From the NCBI GenBank assembly GCA_030704615.1, contig CM060733.1, forward strand, positions 46,438,001 through 46,502,000: DNA of 64,000 nt, written 5' to 3'. The notes below the pieces were generated by a model, which saw nothing but the letters and a program-made list of their open reading frames with translations, ran no database searches and was not told the origin of the DNA. Shown piece after piece: positions 1 to 11,895 of the stretch. The number at the start of each line of letters is the position of its first letter. Within the stretch, counting starts at the first letter, position 1. A program made the translations under genes and the position numbers. The stretch comes from Takakia lepidozioides (taxonomy: Eukaryota; Plantae; Bryophyta).

Positions 1-263
1 GCACATAAGCAAAAGCATCTTTAAATAGGGTAGGCCACCAATATCCTGCCAATAATACCTTCTGTCCGGTGGCATCCCTTGCAAAATGACCACCACAAGA
101 ATCGGCATGGCACCCCTCAAGTATGGCACCCCTCAATCGGCATGGCCGCAAAGAAATAGCAGGTTGCAAAGTGTCCAGGTCCTTAAGTATATCATAATAA
201 ACCAAGCCCTTAGTTAGTGCCATGACCCTTCTCCGTCGAGACCCCTTGGGGTGTCCTATCTTG

Positions 264-408
264 CTATCGCAATAATATCGAAGGTATCGCTATATCGATG
301 AGAAAGATATTAAAAAGTTCTAAAAATTGTCATTAAGTCAGAAATTCCTATTATTCTACATAACCCTACTCCTAATTGTGTAGCGCCCTCGCAAACACTA
401 TATCTTCT
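264..408 (-). repeat. Dispersed repeat; inverted copy of 25673-25821
   Basis: ctatcgcaataatatcgaaggtatcgc...gcaaacactatatcttct is the near-exact reverse complement of 25673-25821. Confidence 0.9.
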
Positions 409-458
409 TATGGGTGTGACAGGGTTTGTTATGGGTGTAGATGTGGTCAAAAAGTATT

Positions 459-686
459 TGTCAAGTTATTTTACCACTAGTGTGAAACTAGCTAGGAAAT
501 AGGCAAGCGCGGGAGGCTCATCTTTCTCAAGTTGAGCCTCACCGCGCCTAGCTATGGCGCCGTAGTGTGGATTCCCCATGGCGTGGGGTGCACTTGGCTT
601 GACTTGTATTTGAGTGATGAGGTTATATATGCATGAGTTTATGCTTCAGCTTTGTGAGCTCGTGCTTGTATTCTTCTTCTTTATCA
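459..686 (+). repeat. 5' terminal repeat (B segment of LTR), TG...CA
   Basis: tgtcaagttatt...ctttatca; direct repeat of 12080-12394 but lacking about 89 bp (12124-12212). Confidence 0.9.
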
Positions 687-702
687 CTCGAGAAAGATGA
701 GC
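687..702 (+). promoter_or_regulatory. Putative self-priming primer-binding site
   Basis: ctcgagaaagatgagc follows the LTR CA directly. It is complementary (15/16) to 516-531 in the same LTR and lacks the tRNA-type TGG start. Confidence 0.7.
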
Positions 703-1359
703 TCGTATCTGTGAGTGCCAGATACGAGTTAGTTGTAGCACTTGTGGTTTTTGCTTGAGGATGAGAGAAACCAGGTTGTTATGCAAGGAGCACCGTGGAG
801 CCCTTGGTTGTTAGAAGTGGAGGCGTGTAGGTTACGAGGTGGTAGACCTTGGCATTCGATCTTCAGCTTCAAAGATGAAAGCACGATGCTGCAGGTAATT
901 CCAGAGCACCTTGATGGTTTCAGATTGTGTACATGCATGAGCAAGCACGATTGGGAAGAGGACCAGTCAAGAGCAGGTTATAGTGGCTTTGGTGGCAAAG
1001 CTGAGAACTGGACTTGGGAATGCGAGCTTTCATTGTGTGAAGGATTGCAAGACCAAGCGAAAGGGCTGATTTGGCTTGGGGCAAATCAGTGCACTTTGTG
1101 GAGTATGTTGAGATTGGGTTTCAATCTCGAGCTTCAGCATTGAGAGGGCTCTTGTCATGGCAAGAGCAGGACTAGAACAAGAGCTAAGAGATGCGGCAAG
1201 GCCATGGAATGTGCACCTAGGGTTTCAGAGCTTGGAAGAAGAGCTCTTGCACCACAAGAGGAGTGTCTTGTGGCTGGAAATGTAAGCCTTAGGGTTTCAG
1301 GAGCTTGACAAAGGCTGTGGAGTGCTTAGTCTTGTCTTAGAGAGCATCAAGGAGCCAAG

Positions 1360-1830
1360 ATAGGGGGCTGATACCTCTTGTGTGAAGGGGTTGCATGTGT
1401 GGAGCATGTATTCAGCTCATTGAAGCTTCCATCTTCAAGCTTGGAGGGCAAGCAAGGAAGAGCGAAGGGCTGACTTCCCTTATGTGAGGGCAATGCATGT
1501 GTGGAGCATGCTTTCAGCCTGTTGAAGGCTTGTACTTTCAGGTTTGGGAGTGCAAAAAAGAAGAAAGGGGCTGGTTTCCCTGTAGGGCATGTGTGGAGCA
1601 TGCTTTCAGCCCGCTGAAGCTTGTATTTTCAGGTTTGTGGGTGCAAGAAATGAAGCAAAGGAGCTGATTCTCTTATGGTGAGGTGGGGCATGTGTGGAGC
1701 ATGCCTTCAGCCCATTGAGGCTCTTGTTTTCCAGCTTTAGAAAGCTAGAACGGAAGGGCTAGGGCTGGTTCCCACTTGGGTGAAAGAAAAGCACTTGTAG
1801 GGCATATGTGAGGTGGGGTTTCAACCTCAA
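1360..1830 (+). repeat. About 100-bp degenerate tandem repeat (about 5 units) in Gypsy leader
   Basis: Recurring ggggctg...gcatgtgtggagcatgctttcagc units starting near 1363, 1467, 1567, 1660 and 1761. Confidence 0.8.
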
Positions 1831-2289
1831 GCCTAGATAGAGCATGGCTCTTGAAGTGGCAGGTGTAGGAGGCTGGAATAGGCTCTAAGAGAGATGCTAT
1901 GGCGCACAGTCAAGCATGCAGGTATGGAGGGGATCTAAATACAAGAAATCAGAACGACAACTCCCCCACACCAAAAACAACCCCACGGTGTTGCTCCTGC
2001 AAGGACACCCCAGTCCAAACCCGGACTGACTTTTGCCTCCACCTACGAAAATGTCTTGGCCTAATGAGAGGGTGGAAAACTATGAGGAAGAGAAGCTAAA
2101 GCAATGCCTAACCCCAGCACTCTTCCTCTCCTCTCTTCCCTCACTTGCATGACCATGGGAATATCATGAAGATACTCCTCAAACCACCCTCCACGAGCTT
2201 CAAAATTCGGCCTTCAAGACCACATGTCAATCCTTAGGCAATCCACCAGTGCCTCCACGAGTCAGCACAGGCCGTCCACATGTCAACAC

Positions 2290-2960
2290 GGGCCACCACA
2301 GACTAGCACAGGCCCACCAGATCACTGATCACAGCTGTCACAACCCCACACAGGCCACAGTCCCACAGCCCATCACAGCCCCAAAGGCCACAGGTCACAG
2401 CCCTATACAGGTCACCGGATCACAGCCCCACAGGCCACAGCGTATCACAGCCCATCACAACCCCAAAGGCCACATGTCACAGCCCGTCACAGCCCCAAAG
2501 GCCATAGGGCACAGCCTGTCACAGCCTGTCACAGCCCTACACAGGTCACAGGGTCACAGCCCCACAGGCCACAGCCTGTCACACCCCCAAGGCCACAGGT
2601 CACAGCTTGTCACAGTCCATCACAACCCCAAAGGCCACATGGCACAGCCTATCACAGCCCCAAAGGCCACAGGCACAACCTGTCACAGCCCTACACAGGT
2701 CACAGGGGTCACAACCCGTCACAACCCCACAGCCCCCAGGGCACAGCCTGTCACAGCCCCTCATAGCCCCACAGGCCACAGGGCACAGCTTGTCACAGCC
2801 CTACATAGGTCACAGGGGTCACAGCCCCCAAAGGCCACAGCCTGTCACAGCCCGTCATAGCCCCACAGGCCCCAGGGCACAGCCCCTCACAGCCCGTCAC
2901 AGCCCCACGGGCCACAGGGCACAGCTTGTCACAGCCTGTCACAGCCCCATCCATGGCCAC
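2290..2960 (+). repeat. CACAG(C/G)-rich minisatellite array in Gypsy leader
   Basis: Dozens of tcacagcc / ccacagg / cctgtcacagcc units; gives rise to spurious ORFs 2249 and 2607. Confidence 0.9.
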
Positions 2961-4383
2961 TCATGGCAGTTTAATCATTTCTCCAAGGGTTCAGGGTTTG
3001 TGTCTCTTGGACTCTAGGCTTCTTTGCACTGAGCTATGGCGGCTGTGAAGAAATCAACAAGGTATTCTTGCTCCCACACACCACCAATAGTAGCCCTAAG
3101 CCATGAGGAAGTTGGTTGCCACAAACCAAGCCTTCTTTCTCACTTAGACTCCCCAAACACGCCACTAAACTCAATGGCAAACAACCAAGCCTTGCTGGTT
3201 TCCAGCCCTTGTGAGCACTCATTCAAGCGTTTTCCTAGTGCGGGCGCTTGTTTTTATAGGTGATTGGTCCGGATTTGATCACCGGCCAGTCCTAGAGCAT
3301 GCTGTCGATGGTGAGGCTCGGGTGATGACCAGTCAGGCCATCATTGTTTCTCTTGTGATGAGGTTGGAGGTGATGACCAGCCAACCATAGGAGTGCTTGC
3401 GGTGGATGCAGGTGCAGGTGTAGGCTATGTTAAGAACCTAGTATTCCAAACCATAAGCTGCAACAGGTTCTCTACCCGGTTACCTTGTGGAGAGGGGGTT
3501 AGGGACATGTTCATGACCGGTTGAGTGACAGTTTGTCAACACGGAGGTGCCACTAGTTGTTGGGGACAGTGCCGGTTCGAGCACTAGCGATACTAGTGGG
3601 TACACGAGACGAGGTGTGTGGTTTAGGCCACCTTCACCTCCTGTGTCTTCTACGGAAGGTTCTGATTCGGATTGTGAATTAGGAGGACTTACACCGGCGG
3701 TGCAAGTTGTTTCCTTGCCATTGTTGTGGGACACAATGGAGGAGATGTATGGAGCCACCAAGGGGCCACGAAGGTATTCTGGGGCGGTGGGCACCATTGA
3801 GTTGGATGATTTCATTCAAGAGTTTGATAGTTGGTGTGACTTGCAGCAAATGCGCAATCCACAACTGTTTACGCCTTTTATGGCATGGAAGGGGCTATTT
3901 CAGCATCTTGAGGGGCCGCCCATGGATGATTACCATGAGTTTAGGCGGGGGCACGATATTGAGATCGAGGAGTGGAGGATGTACTGGTCACTCGACTATG
4001 TCTCTATCACTAGAGGCACAAGTGCAGTAGCCACATCGACAGCTGCACCAAAAACAACAGCTACAACAGCACCTTCCACGAGCAGTAGTGGGACTAGTGG
4101 TACAGCAACTACGACATCCACCCAAGCTACTGCTACACCAGCACCAGTGGCGGTGCCTGCCTTCAACCCTGTTGTGGAGTTCTTTGAAGAGTTGAGAAGG
4201 AACTACCAAGGGGTGAGGACAGAGAAGTTGAGGAGCTTGCAAGAGTTTCAGAGAAAGCCTATTGAGAGCTTGAGGGAGGCTTTCACTTGCAAGAGGTGCT
4301 TGATAAATGTAACCCAAGGGGTTACGGAGCCTCAGGCAGTCCAGTTCTGGTACATGATATTGGACAAGGAGCTGAGGAGAAGG

Positions 4384-6471
4384 GGGGGATGCTAGAGTGT
4401 GAGCCTAGCCACGCGAGCCCAGGAGCGTGTGAGCCCAAAAGCCTGACGTGAGCCCAGTCTACGTGGCACGAGAATGGGGGAAGATGCAGGGTGTATTTCC
4501 GCGGATGAGCACCCATTACCGTGGAAACACGACAAACACAACAAATCAACAAACACAACAAACACGGCAAATCGGCAAATACGGCAAATCCTAACCCTAA
4601 CCCTAACCCTTAACGTACTGCCATGTTCGTGAAGGAAAACAGGCTAGGAATTAAGCTGACGTCATTACCGCAGAAACACGGCAAACACGGCAAACCGGGG
4701 AAACACTGCAAATCGGAACCCCTAACCCTAACCCTAACCCTTAGCGAACTGCCATGTTCGTGGGGGAAATAGGGCTGGGAATTAAGCGGGCATTAGGCAG
4801 ATGAGTTTTTTTTTTTTTTTTTTTTTTTTTCCCCCCCTTCCCCTCCCCGGGCATTTGGGTAGATGTCGTCGACGATCATCGTGAATTCATGATCATGAAG
4901 AAATTGAGTGCGTTGACACACTCAGTTCTGCGTTTTGGGGGGGGGGAGGGTTCGGGGGGTGGAAAAAAAAAAAAAAAAAAAAAAAAAAACTATTGTTTTT
5001 GTTTTTGTTTTTGTTTTTGTTTTTGTTTTTGTTTTTTTTTTTAATTCTCCCCCCGGGAGAACTGAGTGCGTCAACGCACTCAATTTCTTCATGATCATGA
5101 TTTCAAGATGATCATCGACGACAGGTGCGGGTCCGGATTTTCACCCCGGGTACCCGGCGGGATTTGGGGGGAAACCCCCCCCCCCCCGAGAATTGAGTGC
5201 GTCAACACACTCAATTTTTTCATGATCATGATTTCAGGATGATCATTGACGACATCAACGACAGTGTTGTGCGGGTCCGGATTTTCACCCCGGGTACCCG
5301 GCGGGTTAGGGTCAGCGTTTTTTTTATTGGCGATTTTTCACCATTTGGCCGCCTGAAAATCCCCTTGGCGAATGAAACAAAGGGAAAAAGAGGTCCAAAT
5401 AAGGCAGTTTCCGCCAAAAACTGGGGGTCTCAAAAAGGTCCTCGTCTATGGACCCACGGGGGCAGCATAGATGTAGCCATGGCGGGCCCCATGTAGGATG
5501 ATCTGACGGGCCAGATGAGGAGTGGGTTTAGGATTGTGGGGCCTCCTCCGTTTATCAAGTAGATGCTCGTTGCCAGTCTTGCGAGAACTATACGGCTTTC
5601 AACTATTTCTGTACTTCACCTTCTATTGCTCATCAACATCCATTTGATTCGCAAAATATGGCAAGGGTGGAAATACATATAGCCTCCCAATTCGAGGAAA
5701 ATTACCTAGAGTGGGCCACTACCCTACACCCAATATATATAGCCACTCCTACCCGTTTTCAAAATCCCTAAAAAAACCCTGGTTAGGATCCGGGTTACCT
5801 ATCCAGATCCGGACCCGTGCCATCACCAAAAACTCGGACCCTGACCTGGGTTCATTTTAAAACCGGACCCGGACTCGCCAGGTAGATCCAGAACCCGTTA
5901 AACCCGCTACTCGCAGGCCAGAGTTGGTATAGCCATCTCCCCTAGTTCACTAGTTGACTTTCTAGAGAGTTCTACTTTCTAGATAGTTCCACTATTGTCG
6001 GTGGGTTGAAAAGCAACTCACTAGTGGGTGTGGCTGCTGCAAAAGTATACTTATAGGAACAGTGACCACAGAAGGTTGGGGCTTGGTGAGAGTGGGGCTA
6101 GGTGGGATCACGGCTTGGGGCTCGTCTTCAAGGTGGAGCGCTTGGGACTGGTGGAGGGTGGGACCAGCTGCGTGAAGTGCTTGGGGGTGGGAGTGCTTGG
6201 GGTTGACGAAGTAGGGCTGGGGGGAATTGGGTCGATCGTCGTGCTTCTAAAGGGGACTCAATATGTCGTGTTTGCCGTGTTTGGAAGTTTTGCCGTGTTC
6301 ACCTCTTCTTCCAAAATATACGCTTCCATGGTAATAGGATCCCCTCTAAACCTTGTCCTCGGTTATAGGACTTGCTTCTCCCTCCTCTAAACCCTGGGCT
6401 CACGCTTAGAGGGCAAAGCGTGAGCTGAGCTCCTGGGCTCACGCGGCTAGGCTCACGCCATAGCTACGCTC
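4384..6471. mobile_element. Non-autonomous Mutator-like (MULE) element inserted in gag
   Basis: 9-bp TSD aggagaagg (4375-4383) / aagagaagg (6472-6480); G...C ends; imperfect TIR gctagagtgtgagcctagccacgcgagcccaggagc vs reverse-complemented right end gctatggcgtgagcctagccgcgtgagcccaggagc. Confidence 0.8.
4866..5305. repeat. Nested foldback plus direct repeat with homopolymer and (GTTTTT)n tracts
   Basis: 4866-4930 is inverted relative to 5058-5122; 5058-5160 recurs directly at 5189-5305. Confidence 0.8.
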
Positions 6472-7430
6472 AAGAGAAGGGTGCGGGATGCAACTCTCCT
6501 ACAAGCGGCCCAACCCACCTTAGCAAATGTGTTTTTGCTGGCAGAGCGGATAGAGCTCAACATGGTGGAGGAACGAGTGGTCATGGTGGGATTTGCTAAG
6601 GAGGCACCACGGGGTAGTGGTGCTCCTAGCCAGCCACTACCTCAACGTGCTCAAGGCAACAAGGGAGCTCAGGTGAAGCCCACGGAAGGACAGAGAGGAC
6701 CTCAAATGCAGGGGTCTCTCCCTTCATTTGCTGGCCAACAATGGGCGGATGTGGTGTGCTGGACATGTGAAGGACCCCATGTCAAGAAGGATTGCCCAGA
6801 GGGAGGCAATGGTTTGGCTCCGGCACAGCCTACGCAGTTGCAGTGTGGGCATTGTGGCAAGTACGGGCATGGAGAAGCCTAGTGCTATGGTTTGCACCCT
6901 GAGTTGCGCCCAGGCCAGTTCCAAGGGAACAATGGTGGCCGGGGGCGAGGTGGAGCAGCCCAGAGAAGACGAGGTGGCGAGGCACGAGGTGGAGGCCAAG
7001 GGCAAGCTCAACATGGCCAAGGACGCGGAGGTCAGGGTGGTGACCAAGGCACGGCCAACCGTCTTCAGTAGCTAGAGCAGAGGCTCACTGCCATGGCCAC
7101 AGCTCAGGTGGTACCGGCTCTAAGGCCGGATGGTCTACCTCCTGCTCCTGAGGGAGGAGACATGGGAGGCATGGGATTCATGTGCGGGGCAGCACTACCA
7201 CTAGTGAGGGGTGCCACTACCACTACCACTGTGGGTGGGGCACCACTACCACTAGTGTCGGGCAACACTACCACTACCACTATGTGCGGGGCAGGACTAC
7301 CACTAGTGCAAGTGGAGTCAGCTGCGGCAGTGACTCGAGGAGCAGCACGAATTCTTGAGCCACGAGGTGCGGAGGTGGAGTTGGATCCACAATGTGGGGA
7401 GGCAAGCCGTCAGGCCCTTAGTCATTAACA

Positions 7431-10400
7431 TTGGTGGAGACAGTGTCGATGCCGTCCATGGCACCTAGTTCTCGCCCGACTGTTACTGAGGCGGAGGTTA
7501 CTATGCCATTGGGGAGAGCTACACGGGCAACACCACTACCTAGTGTTGCCAAGGCTACAGCAACTAGTGTGCTGCTGGGAGCGGCCACATCTGTGTGTCA
7601 GGCTCCATTGTTCACGGCTACCATGATTGCGACGCCGGGGGTAAGACTAGCTGAGGTGTTCAGGCTGGTAGCCACACTCTGTGAGAGTGGGGAGGTTACT
7701 TCATCTTCTACGGAGATAGTGGGAGGTGTAGTGCCGAAGGGATCCTCGGATTTGAGGGTCAAGACTGCCACGGTGGCACCATGGCAAGCTGCAGCTGCCA
7801 GGTTGATGGAGCTGCCAACTAGGCCAGCCATTGAGCGCGCCATGGTGACACCTGGAGTTGTCATGTTAGACAACTAGGATGACATTTTCTGTTTGAGTGG
7901 ACCGGCTGGCAAGAGGTACTGGCCACTGCGGGTCTTGTTGGACTCGGGAGCTCAGCCATTGATGCTGGGCAGAGCTGCTATTGCAGGTTTGGGCCTCACG
8001 GAGGCGGATATGGAGCCTTGTCCTTTCCAGATACAGAGGTCTTGGGGTTCATCGGAGCAGGCTCGGGGCATGACACGGCGTGAGTTGGCTATCAGACTAC
8101 GGCCAGATCACCTTACAGATGGCTCAGTGATGCAAGCCAAGGCCATTGTGATAGACGCGGTCTCGTACGATGTTCTGGTTGGTGGGGCAGTGTTGTACCC
8201 CATGGGCTTCACCCTAGATTTTTGGGAGGAGTCAGCTTCCTATAGGCCTGGATGGCAGTCAGGGGAGCACTACAACTTGAGTGGGGGTGAGCATGTGAGG
8301 ACCACGGGGTGTAGGCATCCATGGCACACGTGGGAGATGCTCAAGGTTCAGAGGGAGTTGGTAGCCAAGGTGGCGGTGATGGATGAGATTGGGGATTTTT
8401 CTCGGGTGGAGGAAGTCATTCAAGATGAGATGATGGGGCAGGATGAGGCCTTGTCGCTGACTGAGCAGGTAGGGAGTACTGCTCAAGAGGTTGTAACATA
8501 GCAACCACTGGACGCGTCCTCTACCTCTAAGCCCACTGGACTTAAGGTTACAGTTACGGAGGACAATTGGGAGCCTGACATTGGACCCATTGTCACCGGA
8601 GGAGAGAGACGATGTATACGGCGGTTCCTAAGGGCTTACAGGAATTTCTTTGCTTTTAGTTTGAAGGACTTGGGAGCACTGAAGGGTCAAGAGATATGTA
8701 TTGAGTCTGCCACTGACACGCCAATCTTTCGAAGACCCTATAGATACAGTGACATGGAGAGGTCTTTGATTCAGATGAGGACTCAAGATCTCTGGGAGGC
8801 TGGTTTGGTAGAGCTCTCTAGTGGAGAGTATGCTTCAGCCACAATGATGCCAGCCAAGAAGAATGTCTCTGGCAATTGGACGGAGAGACGTATGTGCGGT
8901 GATTACCGGCCTGTAAATCGTGAGACCAAGTCCGATAAGTATGCTATGCCAACACCAGAGGAGATCTTTGATGCCATCGGGCATGTTAAGGTCTTTAGCA
9001 CTTTGGATTTACGATCCGGATATCACCAGTTGCCGATCAAGGAGGCGGACAATCAGAAGACGACATTCTGGGGGATCAATGAGCACGGCAAGGATTGCCT
9101 ATATCAGTGGCAGTTCTTACCATTTGGGCTTAAGAACGCTCCTGCAGAGTTTCAGAGAGTCATGGATAGGATTCTAGCAGGGGTGGACTTTGCTCGGTGC
9201 TACATAGATGACATCATCATCTTTAGTGCTACGGTGGAGGAGCATGAGAGACACCTTCAAGTGGTATTGGAGCGCTTGAGAGCGCATGAATTGAAGTTGC
9301 ATCCGGGGAAGTGCAAGTTTTTCCACAACCAGATTAAGTATCTGGGTCACATGATATATCCTGGAGGATTAGGGGTACAATAGACTAAGGTAGAGGCCAT
9401 TGCACAAATTCCACGCCCCACGGATGTGAGCCGAGTTCGAGCTTTCATGGGGTTGGCAAACTATTATAGACGGTTTGTCAAGGGATTTAGTGCCATTGCA
9501 AAGGCTCTAACCAAGCTGACCACGGTGGACCAGGAGTGGCAGTGAGAAGATGAGCAGGAAAGAGCTTTTCAAGAGCTCAAGGCGAGGTTGACTTCGGCGC
9601 CTATCCTGAGACGACCTATTAGGGGGCGTCCCTTTCAGCTGCATACAGATTGGAACTGCTTGGGCTTGGAGCGGTGCTCACACAGGTGCATGATGAGGGA
9701 AGAGAGTTTGTAGTGGCTTATGCTAGCCGCTCGAACAACGCTGCAGAGGCTAAGTATAGCTCATATGAGGGAGAGTGTTTAGCTGCAGTGTGGGCCATGG
9801 CACACTTCAGGTGCTATCTATACGGCAATCTTTTCACCCTTGTCACGGATCACCAGCCACTCAAGTGGTTGATGGAGTCAGACAAGCTTACGGGGAAGCT
9901 TGCACAGTAGGCATTTATACTCCAGGAGTATGACTTTCAGGTTGTGAATCGACCGGGTTTGGTCAATCGGGATGCGGATGGATTGAGTTGCAATCCATGC
10001 ACGAGCCAGCAGGATGACACTGGAGCTCGGTGGCATGGTGAGACGGACGAGGAGATGGTGCCGGGATGGCATGCATCTGTCTTTTTGTGTATCTTGGCAT
10101 CGGGAGGTCAGGTTGGACCTACAACAGGTTTGACTGTAGTCGAAGTGTTTGAGGACCCTGAGGCTAGTGATGAGCCAAGTGGTACCCAAGATATACATGA
10201 GGATTCGGCTGTGTTGGACTACCTCCGTACTAGATACACGGCAGCCACTGTGACTGCCAAGGAGAGGGATCGGATCCTACAATGAGCCAAGAGGTTCAAG
10301 TAAGAGGGGATACACCCGCTCCGAGTATGGGAGGATGGTCGGGTGAGGATTGTGCCTCACCCCACACAGCGTGCACGGTTAGTGCGGCATGCCCATGAGG

Positions 10401-11635
10401 AGTTGGGGCATTTTGGAGTGCGACGCATTCACAGTTTACTGCAGGGGCAGTATTGGTGGCGTGGTATGCATACAGAGGTGCAACAGTTCGTGGCTAGGTC
10501 CATGGTGTGTGACAGGGTGCGTGCTTCATTCAACGCCCCTACACCATAGTTGCCTCATTTACCAATCATGGGATTGGGCTACAGGTGGAGTCTTGACTTC
10601 GCAGGACCGTTGCCACTGACTATGTGCCACCACAGATATGTGTTGGTGATGGTGGAGCACTTCTCCAAGTGGATTGAGTTGGTTCCATTGCCTGACAAGG
10701 CTAGTGAGGGGGCTGCGTATGCATTCTTGGATCGTGTGCTTAGCCAATTCGGTGCTCCAGCTGAGGTACTCACGGACCAAGGGAGAGAGTTCTTGGGGGA
10801 GTTTCAGGCTTTGTGTGATAAAGCCTTAATAGACCACCGCACCACTTCTCGGGATCATCCTGAGGCCGATGGCTTGGCAGAGAGAGTTGTTCAGACGGTG
10901 AAGAGGGGTTTGCGCAAGTATGGCTTGCAGAAGGGACACCTAGGAGATTGAGATCTTCAGGTGCCGTGGTTAGCCATGGGCTACAGGTTCAGCAAACAAG
11001 CATCACTTGCCTCCTTCTCACCATATTTTCTTCTCTTTGGCCGAGAGCCGGATTTGCCTACAGCCATTTGTAGGGACACTGCTCAAGTCCTTAACCTTGA
11101 CGATCCGGACGTGTGGGTACGTGCATTTGATCAGCGTGCAAAGTTGTTCAAGAAAGTCATGCCCATGGCTTTTGAGAACCTTGCCATTGCACAACACCAT
11201 GATACGTTGTGGTATGCCACTATACGTGGTGGAGGATATCGTCCTGGGGTTCGGCGGTTTAGCCCGGGTGACTATGTTTATTTGCAGCAGACTGTTCCTA
11301 CGACCCTGGATGTCACTGCAGGGCGTGTTATTCTGAGGGTTCGAGAGGTGTTGCCCTCAGGAGTCCTGATCTTGGAGGGTCGGGATGGCATGACTTGGAA
11401 AGACCATGTGTGTAATTGTGCGTCATGTCACCTTCCCAATGTCGATGGCAGAGTTGACCCAAACTTGGCAGTGGTACCTGCAGGTTTGAGGTGCATGCTC
11501 TGTGGGTCTGCCAAAGGGGCAGCCACCATGCTGGTGTGTGATCGATGCTCAAGAGGTTGGCACATAGGATGCCTGACACCACCTCTTGAGAAGATTCCTG
11601 ATGGAGATTGGTTATGTCCACACTGTTTGGGATAG
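7431..11635 (+). pseudogene. pol: Gypsy pol: aspartic protease, RT, RNase H, integrase, C-terminal PHD finger
   Basis: LLDSGAQP (protease); LDLRSGYHQ, LPFGLKNAP, YIDD (RT); TDHQPLKW (RNase H); H-H-C-C zinc finger and DQGREF...AERVV (integrase); CMLC...CDRCSRGWHIGC...WLCPHC (C4HC3 PHD); multiple stops. Confidence 0.95.
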
Positions 11636-11895
11636 TGGCAGTGGACATGACTAGAGGCAGCTAACAAGACATGGGAGGCCAAGCTCATAAGAGTCAATAC
11701 ACGAGATCATAAGCTCAAGTTCACAGGTTGCAAGACGGCGACTAACGATGGGGCAACTCTTGCACCTGGCCTCTTGATCTATCGAGTTTGAGTGTAGTAG
11801 GGACAGTGGTGGAGGACATAGTGAGGCTATGGTCACTATCACATCTTGTGGCTACCTGGACTTAGAGGGACTTAAGCACCAGCTAGGGGGGCGAT

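Larger units (their letters stand above)
3547..7428 (+). pseudogene. gag: Gypsy gag, interrupted by a DNA transposon at 4384-6471
   Basis: ELDDFIQEFDSWCD capsid-like segment; reading ELRRR|VRDATLL is restored by removing the insertion; zinc knuckles CWTCEGPHVKKDC and CGHCGKYGHGEA*C. Confidence 0.85.

Noticed and set aside
2290-2960. CRISPR-like array
   Set aside because: No constant repeat with unique spacers, no cas genes, eukaryotic context
2249-3017. Long His/Pro/Thr-rich ORFs
   Set aside because: By-products of the CACAG minisatellite; open in several frames
4590-4741. Telomere or chromosome-fusion site
   Set aside because: Only about 3 units, twice, inside a TSD-bounded transposon
7400-7440. 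Programmed gag-pol frameshift
   Set aside because: The frame changes here, but there is no clear slippery site and the copy is too decayed to exclude a random indel
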